NCBI GenBank assembly: GCA_943912265.1
Contig: CALTTS010000011.1
Coordinates: 15,309 to 79,308, forward strand
Length of the DNA stretch: 64,000 bases
Source of the DNA: an uncultured Xanthomonas sp.
GTDB lineage: Bacteria; Pseudomonadota; Gammaproteobacteria; Xanthomonadales; Xanthomonadaceae
Reading direction: 5' to 3'
The notes below the pieces were generated by a model. It was not told where the DNA came from. It did not search any database and saw only the letters and a list, made by a program, of their open reading frames with translations. Shown here one piece after another: positions 8,616-17,147 of this stretch (position 1 is its first letter; the number at the start of each line of letters is the position of its first letter). The position numbers were made by a program, and so were the translations under genes.

Positions 8616-9911
8616 TCAGGGCGCGGCCGCCTCGCGCAGCGCGGCCAGCGCCGCCAGCACCGCGTCCACCGGCGCCAGCACCTGGACCAGCGGCGTCTGC
8701 AGCGCGTCGCCGGCCTCGGCCTGCTTGAGCACCGCGACCAGCTGCCCGGCCTCGCGCGGCGAGTCGAAGCCGGCGCTCTGCAGCAGCACCGCGCCTTCGG
8801 CATCGGCCAGCTTGAAGTAGAAACGGCCGTCGGCCTCGCGGTACTGCTTGAACGCCGGCAGCGCCGCCTTGTCCGGCTTCTTCGCCGCCCGGGCCGGCAG
8901 CGCGGCCAAGTCGCGCAGGCCGACCGCATCGCGCAGCCGCGCCAGCAGCGGGATGGCGTACCGCTCCCGCAGGCGGCGGCCGCCGTCGCGCAGGATGGCC
9001 TCGATCTTCGCCGGCTCGGCGATCAGCGCCTCGTAGCGCGCGCGCATCGGCGCGATCTCCGCGTCGATGCGCTCGAACACCTGCTGCTTGGCCTCGCCCC
9101 AGCCGATGCCGTCGGCGAAGGCCTGGGCGAAGCGCGCGGTTTCCTGTTCGCCGGCGAAGGCCTGGTAGAGCTGGAACAGCGCCGAGCCTTCGGTCTGCTT
9201 CGGCTCGCCCGGCGCGCGCGAGTCGGTGACGATGGAGAACACCAGCTTCTTCAGCTCCTCGCGCGGGGCGAACAGCGGGATGGTGTTGCCATAGCTCTTG
9301 CTCATCTTGCGCCCGTCCAGGCCGGGCAGCGTGGCCACGTGCTCGTCCACCAGCGCCTCGGGCAGCACGAAGAACTCCTGGCCGTAGACGTGGTTGAAAC
9401 GCTGGGCGAAATCGCGCGCCATCTCGATGTGCTGGATCTGGTCGCGCCCCACCGGCACCTTGTGCGCGTTGAAGATCAGGATGTCGGCCGCCATCAGCAC
9501 CGGGTACATGAACAGCCCGGCGGTGATGCCGGCATCGTCGTCCTCGCCCTCGGCGCGGTTCTTGTCCACCGCCGCCTTGTAGGCGTGAGCGCGGTTGAGG
9601 ATGCCCTTGCCGGCCACGCAGGTCAGCAGCCAGGTCAGCTCGGTGGTCTCGGGCACGTCGCTCTGGCGGTAGAACCACACCTTGTCCGGGTCCAGCCCGG
9701 CGGCCAGCCAGGTCGCGGCGATCTCCAGGGTGGAGCGCTGGGTCTTGTCCGGGTCCTGCGCCTTGATCAGGCTGTGCAGGTCGGCCAGGAAGTAGAAGCT
9801 CTCGGTGCCCGCGGCGCGGCTGGCCTGGATGGCCGGGCGCACGGCGCCGACGTAGTTGCCCAGGTGCGGGGTGCCGGAGGGGGTGATGCCGGTGAGGACA
9901 CGGGTGGTCAT
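8616..9911 (-). CDS. trpS: Tryptophan--tRNA ligase (long form with C-terminal extension)
   Basis: Class I aaRS motifs: TPSGTPHLGNYVG (HIGH-like) and KMSKS. 431 aa with a C-terminal extension. Confidence 0.95.
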   Translation of the reverse strand: MTTRVLTGITPSGTPHLGNYVGAVRPAIQASRAAGTESFYFLADLHSLIKAQDPDKTQRSTLEIAATWLAAGLDPDKVWFYRQSDVPETTELTWLLTCVAGKGILNRAHAYKAAVDKNRAEGEDDDAGITAGLFMYPVLMAADILIFNAHKVPVGRDQIQHIEMARDFAQRFNHVYGQEFFVLPEALVDEHVATLPGLDGRKMSKSYGNTIPLFAPREELKKLVFSIVTDSRAPGEPKQTEGSALFQLYQAFAGEQETARFAQAFADGIGWGEAKQQVFERIDAEIAPMRARYEALIAEPAKIEAILRDGGRRLRERYAIPLLARLRDAVGLRDLAALPARAAKKPDKAALPAFKQYREADGRFYFKLADAEGAVLLQSAGFDSPREAGQLVAVLKQAEAGDALQTPLVQVLAPVDAVLAALAALREAAAP

Positions 9912-9992
9912 GCGCGGGGTCTGGTGCGAAATCGAACCGGCAGTTTACTGCACCGCCCGGGGCGCCCCGCCCCGCATGCCCCGCCGGACGGC

Positions 9993-10018
9993 GAAGGGCC
10001 GGATCGCTCCGGCCCTTC
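9993..10018. terminator. Perfect 11-bp stem hairpin downstream of the first entericidin gene
   Basis: GAAGGGCCGGA-tcgc-TCCGGCCCTTC. Confidence 0.35.
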
Positions 10019-10039
10019 GCGCACGATGCCTGCCGATGT

Positions 10040-10174
10040 TCAGCGGCGGGCGGCGTCGTGGATCTTCTCGCCGGCCTTCTCGACGTCCTTGCCGACGCCG
10101 GCGACCGTGTTGCATGCGGACAGCAGGAACGCCGCCAGCGCGGCGGACACCAACCAGACGGACTTGCGCTTCAT
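10040..10174 (-). CDS. Entericidin A/B family lipoprotein (44 aa)
   Basis: MKRKSVWLVSAALAAFLLSACNTVAGVGKDVEKAGEKIHDAARR. It has a lipobox LSAC and the Ecn core NTxxGxGKD. Too short to appear in the ORF track. Confidence 0.7.
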   Translation of the reverse strand: MKRKSVWLVSAALAAFLLSACNTVAGVGKDVEKAGEKIHDAARR

Positions 10175-10234
10175 CAGGATTCACCCCGGTACGGACCGCC
10201 CGGGATGATAAGGGAATCCGCCATCGGCGCCGAT

Positions 10235-10268
10235 GCCCGGCCGCCGACAGGCGCGACGGCGGCCGGGC
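10235..10268. terminator. GC hairpin between entericidin copies 1 and 2
   Basis: Stem gcccggccgcc / ggcggccgggc. Confidence 0.3.
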
Positions 10269-10294
10269 ACGTCCGTGTTCCCGGCCTCGCCCGG

Positions 10295-10432
10295 TCACTT
10301 CTTGGCGGCACCCTCGATCTTCTCGCCGGCGCCCTGGATGTCCTTGCCGGCACCCTTCACCGTGTTGCAGCCGGCCAGCAGGCCGACCGAGAACATCGCC
10401 AGTACCGCCAGCATGATGGAACGCTTCGTCAT
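10295..10432 (-). CDS. Entericidin A/B family lipoprotein (45 aa)
   Basis: MTKRSIMLAVLAMFSVGLLAGCNTVKGAGKDIQGAGEKIEGAAKK. RBS GAGGGGGAA. Confidence 0.7.
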   Translation of the reverse strand: MTKRSIMLAVLAMFSVGLLAGCNTVKGAGKDIQGAGEKIEGAAKK

Positions 10433-10469
10433 CGTGATTCCCCCTCGGGTTGGTGAACGGACAGGCGGC

Positions 10470-10622
10470 TCAGCACTTGCCGTCGCTGCATTTCTCGGCG
10501 GTGTCCTCGACCTTGGTGCCCGCCTTCTGGATGTCCTTGCCGGCCCCGGCCACGGTGTTGCAGCCGCTCAGCAGGCCCGCGGCGAAAGCGCCCAGCACCG
10601 CCATCATCATCAATCGCTTCAT
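10470..10622 (-). CDS. Entericidin A/B family lipoprotein (50 aa, Cys-containing C-terminal tail)
   Basis: MKRLMMMAVLGAFAAGLLSGCNTVAGAGKDIQKAGTKVEDTAEKCSDGKC. RBS AAAGGACGA. Confidence 0.7.
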   Translation of the reverse strand: MKRLMMMAVLGAFAAGLLSGCNTVAGAGKDIQKAGTKVEDTAEKCSDGKC

Positions 10623-10820
10623 CAGCATCGTCCTTTCGTTGCGTTACCCGGCGGACGCATCGCATCCCCCGGCAGGCATCGAATCTGCCGGGCGCGCCGT
10701 CTACCCCGCGTGAAAGCGCGCCGGCCCGGCCGAAGCCCGCACATGCGCACCGGCGGTGCAATCGCCCAGCGAACAACGAGGAATCGGCGGCCAGGGCCAC
10801 CCGCAGTTGCCGGCATCCGG

Positions 10821-10860
10821 CGACGTGCGACGTGCGACGTGCGACGTGCGACGTGCGACG
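10821..10860. repeat. Heptanucleotide microsatellite (CGACGTG) x5.7
   Basis: Perfect tandem copies visible directly in the sequence, in the intergenic region upstream of the entericidin array. Confidence 0.9.
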
Positions 10861-10976
10861 GAAAGCAGGAAAGCATTGCCGTCTTGCCGATGCCGCACCA
10901 TGCCAAACCGATGCCGCGCACCCGCCCCTGCGCCGCCGCATGGCACGCAGCGCGAAGATTGATGAAGGGATGAAAA

Positions 10977-11052
10977 TGGTGCCGCTTGTCCGAATCGAAC
11001 GGACGACCTACTGATTACAAATCAGTTGCTCTACCGACTGAGCTAAAGCGGC
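10977..11052 (-). tRNA. tRNA-Thr (anticodon UGU)
   Basis: 76 nt with CCA. It folds as a cloverleaf: acceptor GCCGCUU/AAGCGGC, D arm GCUC..GAGC, anticodon loop UUUGUAA, T arm GUCCG-UUCGAUU-CGGAC. Confidence 0.9.
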
Positions 11053-11183
11053 GATGTCGTACTTCTCTTGCTCAAACCGTGTCCGGCTTGACCCGCAGTC
11101 TACGCGCTGGCGGGCCTAAAGCCTTGCCGTGCTTAGCTTTCGGTTCGGCTGCCACAACAAACGCGTCCGAGTTACAAGGCAGC

Positions 11184-11209
11184 TGCTCTACCGACTGAGC
11201 TAAAGCGGC
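11184..11209 (-). pseudogene. Degenerate duplicate of the tRNA-Thr 5' half (acceptor + D arm, anticodon-like CTTGTAA)
   Basis: A 26-nt exact direct repeat of tRNA positions 1-26, then sequence that cannot form an anticodon stem or T arm. Confidence 0.5.
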
Positions 11210-11243
11210 GCGGGCGATCCCGGCCCCGGAGGGCGGCCGGATT

Positions 11244-11972
11244 CTAGCGCATCCCCGCGCAGTCCAGCGCCTGGCGGCGGGCCGCCTCGGCGGCCGGGGC
11301 ATCGCCGGCGAAGGCCGCATCCAGCCACCATTGCGATGCCGGCGCGCCCTGGGTCTCGATCCGTGCGCGGATGCCGGCCCGTTGCAGTTCGGCCAGCCGC
11401 GCCTCGGCGCCGTCGCGCTTGCGGTACAGGCCCAGCGCGATGCCGTTGGCGTTCTCGCCGCCGCGGATCACGTAGTAGTCGCCGATGCCGGCGGCGGTCA
11501 GCTTGCGCACGCTCGCCTCGACGGCCGCATCGTCGGCGGCGGCGGGCAGGAACACGCGGTAGCTGGTGCCGGGTGCCGCAGGCACCGGCAATTCGCGCAG
11601 CGCGGAGCGTTCGAGCCGGCCGAGCCTGGCCCTGGCCGCCTGCGCCGCGGCGCGGTCGGGGTAAGGGCCATAGCTGTAGCAATGCGGCACGACGGCCCTG
11701 GCCGGCGCTTCCGCCACGGCGGGGTCCGGCAGGGCGGCCGGCGCCGGCACGGTGTGCATAGCGGCGGGGGCGGCAAGGTCCGGCGCCGCCGGCGCAGCCT
11801 CGGGCACGGGCGCCGCAGCGGCCGCCCCGGCTTCGCGCCACAGCTGCAGGCGGGCCACGCCGGGCGACGCGGCCACCACGGCGTCGGCCGGGGCCGGGCG
11901 ATGCAGCGCCCACCACAGGCCGGCACCGAGGTTGAGCACCGCCAGGACGACGATGAGGACGCGCGCGATCAT
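11244..11972 (-). CDS. SPOR domain-containing protein
   Basis: N-terminal transmembrane helix, an Ala/Pro-rich linker and a C-terminal SPOR-like fold (YRVFLP...GIGDYYVIRGG...GLYRKRDGAEARLAEL). Last gene of the birA-coaX operon. Confidence 0.65.
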   Translation of the reverse strand: MIARVLIVVLAVLNLGAGLWWALHRPAPADAVVAASPGVARLQLWREAGAAAAAPVPEAAPAAPDLAAPAAMHTVPAPAALPDPAVAEAPARAVVPHCYSYGPYPDRAAAQAARARLGRLERSALRELPVPAAPGTSYRVFLPAAADDAAVEASVRKLTAAGIGDYYVIRGGENANGIALGLYRKRDGAEARLAELQRAGIRARIETQGAPASQWWLDAAFAGDAPAAEAARRQALDCAGMR

Positions 11973-11981
11973 GCGGGAATT

Positions 11982-12722
11982 CTAGCCCGCGTCCGGCGCG
12001 TTCTCGCGCGCCCACGCGGCGAGCCCTTCCAGCACCAGGCGCGGGCGTTCGCGCGCGGCCGGCAGCAGCGGCAGCAGCGGTCCGGCACCGCCGCCGTGGA
12101 CCAGCAGCCGCGGTTCGCGCCCGAGCAGACGCGCGGCCTCGCGCAGGCTGCGTTCGACCAGCGCCACCGCGGCGCCGTCGCAACCGGAGGCCAGCGCATC
12201 GTCGGTGTCGTCGGCGAACTCGCGGTAATCGCCACCCTCGGCCGGCAGCTGCGCGGCGCGCTGGTGCAGCGCCTCGCGCATCGTCGTCGGCGAGGCGGCG
12301 ATGCGGCCGCCGCGGTGGCGGCCTTCGCCATCGAGCAGGTCGATCGTCAGCGCGGTGCCGACGCCGGCCACCAGCACCGGGACGCCGGGCTCGCGGGCGC
12401 CGAGCAGGGCGAGGAAGCGGTCCACGCCGAAGCGCTCCGGCCGCGCGTAGGCGATGGCCACGCCCGCGCAGCGGGCCTGGGTGCGGGCCATCACCACCCG
12501 CCCGAAGCGCCCGTCCAGGGCGCGCAGCACGCGCTCGCGCAGGTCCGGCGAGGCCACGCTGGCCAGCCACGCCACCTCGCCCGACGGCAGCCGCGCGATG
12601 TCGTCCGCGGCAAACGCCTCGCCGCCGTGCGGCCATGCGGTGACCTCGCCGACGCGGCCGTCGGCCAGCAGCGGCGCGCCCTTGAAACGCGAATTGCCGA
12701 GGTCGAACAGCCAGTGGCTCAT
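11982..12722 (-). CDS. coaX: Type III pantothenate kinase
   Basis: N-terminus MSHWLFDLGNSRFKGA (DxGNT/SRxK motif). 246 aa. Overlaps birA by 4 nt. Confidence 0.9.
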   Translation of the reverse strand: MSHWLFDLGNSRFKGAPLLADGRVGEVTAWPHGGEAFAADDIARLPSGEVAWLASVASPDLRERVLRALDGRFGRVVMARTQARCAGVAIAYARPERFGVDRFLALLGAREPGVPVLVAGVGTALTIDLLDGEGRHRGGRIAASPTTMREALHQRAAQLPAEGGDYREFADDTDDALASGCDGAAVALVERSLREAARLLGREPRLLVHGGGAGPLLPLLPAARERPRLVLEGLAAWARENAPDAG

Positions 12723-13687
12723 CCGGCCGCCCTCACGCTGACTTCGCCGGCGTGGAACAGGCGCACGCGGCCGGCCACGTCCACGCGCAGCGCGCCGTCG
12801 TCGGCCACGCCCAGCGCGATGCCGGACTCGCTGGCGGCGCCGCCGGCCACCGTCACCTCGCGCCCGCGCAGCACGTCCAGCGCGGCGAAGCGCGGCAGGA
12901 ACGGCGCCAGCCCTTCGGCATCGAACAGGTCCAGCGCCGGCAACAGCCGCGCCAGCAGCGCGACAACCACCGCGTCGCGCGACACCGGCCCGGCGGCCAG
13001 CCGCGACAGGTCGGTCCACGGCTGGCCGATCGTGCGGGCGGCCGCCTCGGGCATGCGCACGTTGATGCCGATGCCGATCACCGCCTGCACCGGCCCGCCG
13101 TGCTCGCCGCCGCCCTCGATCAGCAGGCCGCCGAGCTTGCGCCCGCCGGCGAACAGGTCGTTCGGCCATTTCAGGCCCACTTCGGCGTGGCCGGCCGCGC
13201 GCAGGGCCTCGGCGGCGGCGACGCCGGCCACCAGGCTCAATCCGCCCAGCCGCGCCAGCCCGCCATCGAAACGGCGCGCCAGCGACAGGTAGACGTGCGC
13301 CGCCAGCGGCGAGGCCCAGGTGCGGCCGCGGCGGCCGCGGCCGCCGGTCTGGCGCTCGGCCAGCAGCACCGCCGCGCCGTGCGCGGGCGCGCCGCGGCGC
13401 AGCAGTTCGGCATTGGTCGAATCCACGCTCCACAGCACGTCCAGCGCGGCCACGCCGGCACGCAGCGGCGGCGGCAGCGCGGCGCGGATGCGCGCGGCGT
13501 CGAGCAGGTCCAGCGGCTGCGCCAGGCGGTAGCCCTCGCCGGCCTGCGCATCGACCGGCAGGCCGGCCTCGCGCAGGGCGTGGATGCGCTTCCAGATCGC
13601 CGCCCGGGTCACCCCTATTTCGCGCGCCAGCGCGTCGCCGGAAACCGGGCCGGCGGCAAGGCGGGCAAGCAGCTGACGGTCGTCCAC
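12719..13687 (-). CDS. birA: Bifunctional biotin--[acetyl-CoA-carboxylase] ligase / biotin operon repressor
   Basis: N-terminal HTH (GVTRAAIWKRIHALREAGL), GRGRRGRTW ligase motif and KWPNDL motif. Confidence 0.9.
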   Translation of the reverse strand: MDDRQLLARLAAGPVSGDALAREIGVTRAAIWKRIHALREAGLPVDAQAGEGYRLAQPLDLLDAARIRAALPPPLRAGVAALDVLWSVDSTNAELLRRGAPAHGAAVLLAERQTGGRGRRGRTWASPLAAHVYLSLARRFDGGLARLGGLSLVAGVAAAEALRAAGHAEVGLKWPNDLFAGGRKLGGLLIEGGGEHGGPVQAVIGIGINVRMPEAAARTIGQPWTDLSRLAAGPVSRDAVVVALLARLLPALDLFDAEGLAPFLPRFAALDVLRGREVTVAGGAASESGIALGVADDGALRVDVAGRVRLFHAGEVSVRAAG

Positions 13688-13827
13688 GGCGGTTCCAGCG
13701 AGGCGGGTCGGCGATTATGCGGGAACCGCCCGATCCGGCCCAAGCCGCCGGGCCTGCACGGCGGCCGCGGTCGGGCTATAGTCGGCATTCGCGCCCGGAC
13801 GGGCACGACTCACCCGGGACACGGACC

Positions 13828-14154
13828 ATGCGCATCGCCTGCTGCCTGCTTTTGCTGTCGGCTCCTTCCGCCGGGGCCTGGGCCGCTGCTGCCGCAACCG
13901 AGCCGGCCGCCGCCGCGGCCAGCCGCGGCGCCTGCGTCTACACGCCGGCCACGCATGCCTCCAGCCTGGACGGGCGCCCGGAAGCGGCCGCCGCGCCGCT
14001 CCCTGCACGCGCGCCGCGGGCCACCACCTCGGCCATGCCGTCGCTGCCCGCGCCGGCGACCACGCGCGGCGGCGGCAGCGACGGCGACGACCTGCCGATC
14101 CCGCGCCTGCGCGCGCCACGCTGGCACAGCTTCCTGCCGGGGATGTTCCGCTGA
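13828..14154 (+). CDS. Hypothetical secreted Ala/Pro-rich protein
   Basis: Signal peptide MRIACCLLLLSAPSAGAWA. Low-complexity remainder. Its stop overlaps the apparent start of mtfA. Confidence 0.3.
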   Translation: MRIACCLLLLSAPSAGAWAAAAATEPAAAAASRGACVYTPATHASSLDGRPEAAAAPLPARAPRATTSAMPSLPAPATTRGGGSDGDDLPIPRLRAPRWHSFLPGMFR

Positions 14155-14930
14155 TCCGAGGCTGGCTGCAGCGGCTGCGCCCGGCGCCGCCGCCGATCGA
14201 CGACGCCCTCTGGCACGGCCTCGCCGCGGATTTGCCGTGGCTGCCGGCGCTGGCGCCCGAGCGCGCCGAAAGGCTGCGTTCGCTGGCCGCCGCCTTCCTC
14301 CACCGCAAGCGCGTGGCGCCGGTGTCGGGCCTGCGCCTGGACCCGCGCCAATGCCTGCTGCTGGCGGTGCTGTGCTGCCTGCCGCTGCTGGAATACGGCG
14401 AGAACGGCCTGAACGGCTGGTCGCAGCTGATCGTCTACCCGGACGCCTTCCGCGTGCACCGCAGCCACGTCGATGCCGCCGGCGTGCTGCACGAGTGGGA
14501 CGACGAGCTGGTCGGGGAAAGCTGGGAACAGGGGCCGCTGATCCTGTCCTGGGCCGACGTGCAGGCCGACCTTGCCGAACCGCACGCCGGCTACTGCGTG
14601 GCCGTGCACGAGATGGCGCACAAGCTGGACGTGCTCGACGGCGCGCTCGACGGCACCCCGCTGCTGCCGCGCGAGTGGCAGCGCGCCTGGGCCCGGGACT
14701 TCCAGCAGGCCTACGGCGCGCTGTGCCGCGAGGTGGACCACGGCCGCGAACCGCTGATCGACGCCTATGCCAGCGAGGCGCCGGAGGAGTTCTTCGCGGT
14801 GGCCAGCGAATACCACTTCTCGGCCCCCGGGCTGCTGCACCGGGCGATGCCCAAGGTGGCCGCGCACCTGCAGCGCTTCTACGGCCCCTCGCCGCTGGTG
14901 GCGCACTTGCCGGCCCACCGCATTCCCTGA
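14151..14930 (+). CDS. mtfA: Mlc-titration factor A-like zinc peptidase (DUF980/M90)
   Basis: HEMAH zinc motif. The N-terminal region LIRGWLQRLRP...LPWLPALAPERAERL aligns to E. coli MtfA (MIKWPWK...LPWQEALS). There is no in-frame ATG: the candidate start is CTG at 14151 or TTG at 14232. Confidence 0.65.
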   Translation: MIRGWLQRLRPAPPPIDDALWHGLAADLPWLPALAPERAERLRSLAAAFLHRKRVAPVSGLRLDPRQCLLLAVLCCLPLLEYGENGLNGWSQLIVYPDAFRVHRSHVDAAGVLHEWDDELVGESWEQGPLILSWADVQADLAEPHAGYCVAVHEMAHKLDVLDGALDGTPLLPREWQRAWARDFQQAYGALCREVDHGREPLIDAYASEAPEEFFAVASEYHFSAPGLLHRAMPKVAAHLQRFYGPSPLVAHLPAHRIP

Positions 14931-14952
14931 CGGAGCGGCCGCCCCCGGACGG

Positions 14953-16371
14953 TCACGGCCCGGCCGGCAGCGTCGCCTCGAAGCGCGCACCGCCCAGCTC
15001 CTCCGAACGGGCCACCTCCAGCTGGCCGCGGTAATCGCGCACCAGGTCCTGCACGATCGACAGCCCGATGCCGTGGCCCTGCACCCGCTCGTCGCCGCGC
15101 ACGCCGCGCTGGAGCACGTTGGAAACGTTGTCCGGCGCGATGCCCGGGCCATCGTCCTCCACCACCAGCACCACCCCGGCCCGGCGCGCGCCCGGCGGCG
15201 GGGGCGTGGCGCGCACGGTCAGCAGCACGCGCCGCCGCGCCCACTTGAAGGCGTTCTCCAGCAGGTTGCCGAGCAGCTCCTGCAGGTCGCCCGGCTCGCC
15301 GTGGAAGCGGGCCGCCGGGTCGATCTCGAACTCGCACAGCACGCCCTTGGCGGCGTAGACCTTCTCCAGCCCGCGCACGATCTCCTCGGCGCAGGGCTCG
15401 ATCTCCAGCGGCTTGGCGAACAGCTTGTGCCCGCCCGACGCGGCGCGGGCGAGCTGGTAGGACACCAGGTCGTTCATCTTCTTGAGCTGGATGTCCAGCT
15501 CCTGGCGCAGCGCCGCGCCGTCGGCGCCGCTGTCCAGCTGGGTGCGCATCACCGCCAGCGGCGTCTTCAGGCTGTGGGCCAGGTCGGCCAGGGTGTTGCG
15601 CTGGCGCTCCAGGTTCTCGCGCTCGCTCTGGATCAGGGCGTTGATGCTGTCGGTCAGCGGCTCCAGCTCGCGCGGGTGGTGCTCGCTCATGCGCTGGGCC
15701 TGGCCGCGCTGCACCAGCGCCAGCTCCCGGATCACCCGCTTGAGCGGGCTCAGGCTCCACTGCAGGATCAGGATCTGCAGCAGCAGCAGGGTCAGGCCGG
15801 CGCCGCCGAGGTACACCCACACCGAACGCCGGAACACGCGCAGCTGCGCGCCGAACACGCTGGCGTCCTCGAGCACGTAGATGGTGTACGGGAATTCGGC
15901 CTCCGGGCCGCCGTCGGCCCAGATGTAGCCCACGCCGTAGCGGTACACCTCGCCCTTGCTGCCGTCGATCTGGGTGACCGGGTACGGCCCGCCGAAGCTC
16001 TCCTGCCGCGGCTCCAGCATCTTGGCCTGCGGCAGCAGCGGCCCCTCGGCCGACAGCGAGGCCCAGTGCCCGCTGGGCAGCACCACCTGCGCGTACAGGC
16101 CGCTGCCGGGGATGCCGAAGCGCGGGTCGGGTTCGAGGTCGGGCGTGTACAGCGAGCCGTCGCGGGCGAAGTCGATGTTCTTCGCGTAGGCCAGCGCGTA
16201 GCTCTTGAGCTGCTGGCGCAGGTTGCTGCGCGCGGTCTCGGCGAACACCTGGCCGAGCGAATAGCCGGCCAGGGCGAGGAAGGCGACCAGGCACAGGCTG
16301 GCCGCCAGCAGCTGCCGCGCCTGCAGCGAGCGCGGCTTCCATCGGCGCAGCAGGGTGCGGCCGCCTTCCAT
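14953..16371 (-). CDS. phoQ: Sensor histidine kinase PhoQ
   Basis: Two TM helices flank a periplasmic sensor domain. H-box LAHSLKTPLAV plus N, G1, G2 boxes. Immediately downstream of phoP. Confidence 0.85.
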   Translation of the reverse strand: MEGGRTLLRRWKPRSLQARQLLAASLCLVAFLALAGYSLGQVFAETARSNLRQQLKSYALAYAKNIDFARDGSLYTPDLEPDPRFGIPGSGLYAQVVLPSGHWASLSAEGPLLPQAKMLEPRQESFGGPYPVTQIDGSKGEVYRYGVGYIWADGGPEAEFPYTIYVLEDASVFGAQLRVFRRSVWVYLGGAGLTLLLLQILILQWSLSPLKRVIRELALVQRGQAQRMSEHHPRELEPLTDSINALIQSERENLERQRNTLADLAHSLKTPLAVMRTQLDSGADGAALRQELDIQLKKMNDLVSYQLARAASGGHKLFAKPLEIEPCAEEIVRGLEKVYAAKGVLCEFEIDPAARFHGEPGDLQELLGNLLENAFKWARRRVLLTVRATPPPPGARRAGVVLVVEDDGPGIAPDNVSNVLQRGVRGDERVQGHGIGLSIVQDLVRDYRGQLEVARSEELGGARFEATLPAGP

Positions 16372-16392
16372 GACCGGACGCGCCGAGCGCCG

Positions 16393-17076
16393 TCAGTCCG
16401 CGTTGCGCGGAATGGCGAAGCGGTAGCCGCGGCCGCGCACGGTCTCGATCGGCTTCAGCTCGCCGTCCGGGTCCAGCTTCTTGCGCAGGCGGCCGATGAA
16501 CACTTCCAGCACGTTGGAGTCGCGGTCGAAGTCCTGCTGGTAGATGTGCTCGGTCAGGTCGGCCTTCGAGACCAGTTCGCCGGCGTGCATCATCAGGTAC
16601 TCGAGCACCTTGTACTCGTAGCTGGTCAGGTCGACGTTGGCACCGCCCACGCTCACCGTCTGCGCCGCCAGGTCCAGCGACACCGGGCCGCATTCCAGCG
16701 TGGGCTTGCTCCAGCCGGCGGCGCGGCGCAGCAGCGCGTTGACCCGGGCCAGCAGCTCCTCGACGTGGAACGGCTTGACCAGGTAGTCGTCGGCGCCCTG
16801 CTTGAGCCCTTCCACCTTGTCCTGCCAGCTCGAACGCGCGGTCAGGATCAGCACCGGGAACTTCTTGCCTTCCTCGCGCAGGGCCTTGATCAGTTCCATG
16901 CCCGACATCTTGGGCAGGCCGAGGTCGATGATGCCGACGTCGAACGGCACCTCGCGGCCCATGTACAGGCCTTCCTCGCCGTCCTGGGCGGCATCGACCG
17001 CGAAGCCTTCGCGCTTCAGGCGCGCGGCAAGGGTCTCGCGGAGGGGGGCTTCGTCTTCGACCAGAAGGATACGCAT
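16393..17076 (-). CDS. phoP: Response regulator PhoP (OmpR family)
   Basis: Receiver domain MRILLVEDE...DLGLP and an OmpR-type winged helix C-terminus (RGRGYRF). Confidence 0.9.
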   Translation of the reverse strand: MRILLVEDEAPLRETLAARLKREGFAVDAAQDGEEGLYMGREVPFDVGIIDLGLPKMSGMELIKALREEGKKFPVLILTARSSWQDKVEGLKQGADDYLVKPFHVEELLARVNALLRRAAGWSKPTLECGPVSLDLAAQTVSVGGANVDLTSYEYKVLEYLMMHAGELVSKADLTEHIYQQDFDRDSNVLEVFIGRLRKKLDPDGELKPIETVRGRGYRFAIPRNAD

Positions 17077-17147
17077 GGACTCTCCCTAGTGTTGGGCCGG
17101 CCGCGGCGGAGCGCGGCGACGGCGGGCGATCCGGCGCCGGCAGGCAC

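Noticed and set aside
11053-11209. Second intron-containing tRNA next to tRNA-Thr.
   Set aside because: After the shared 5' half, no complementary anticodon-stem 3' strand, T arm or acceptor 3' strand can be formed.
10622-11244. Genomic island integrated at tRNA-Thr.
   Set aside because: There is no integrase, no 3'-end att duplication and no compositional shift. Flanking genes (trpS, birA-coaX) are core.
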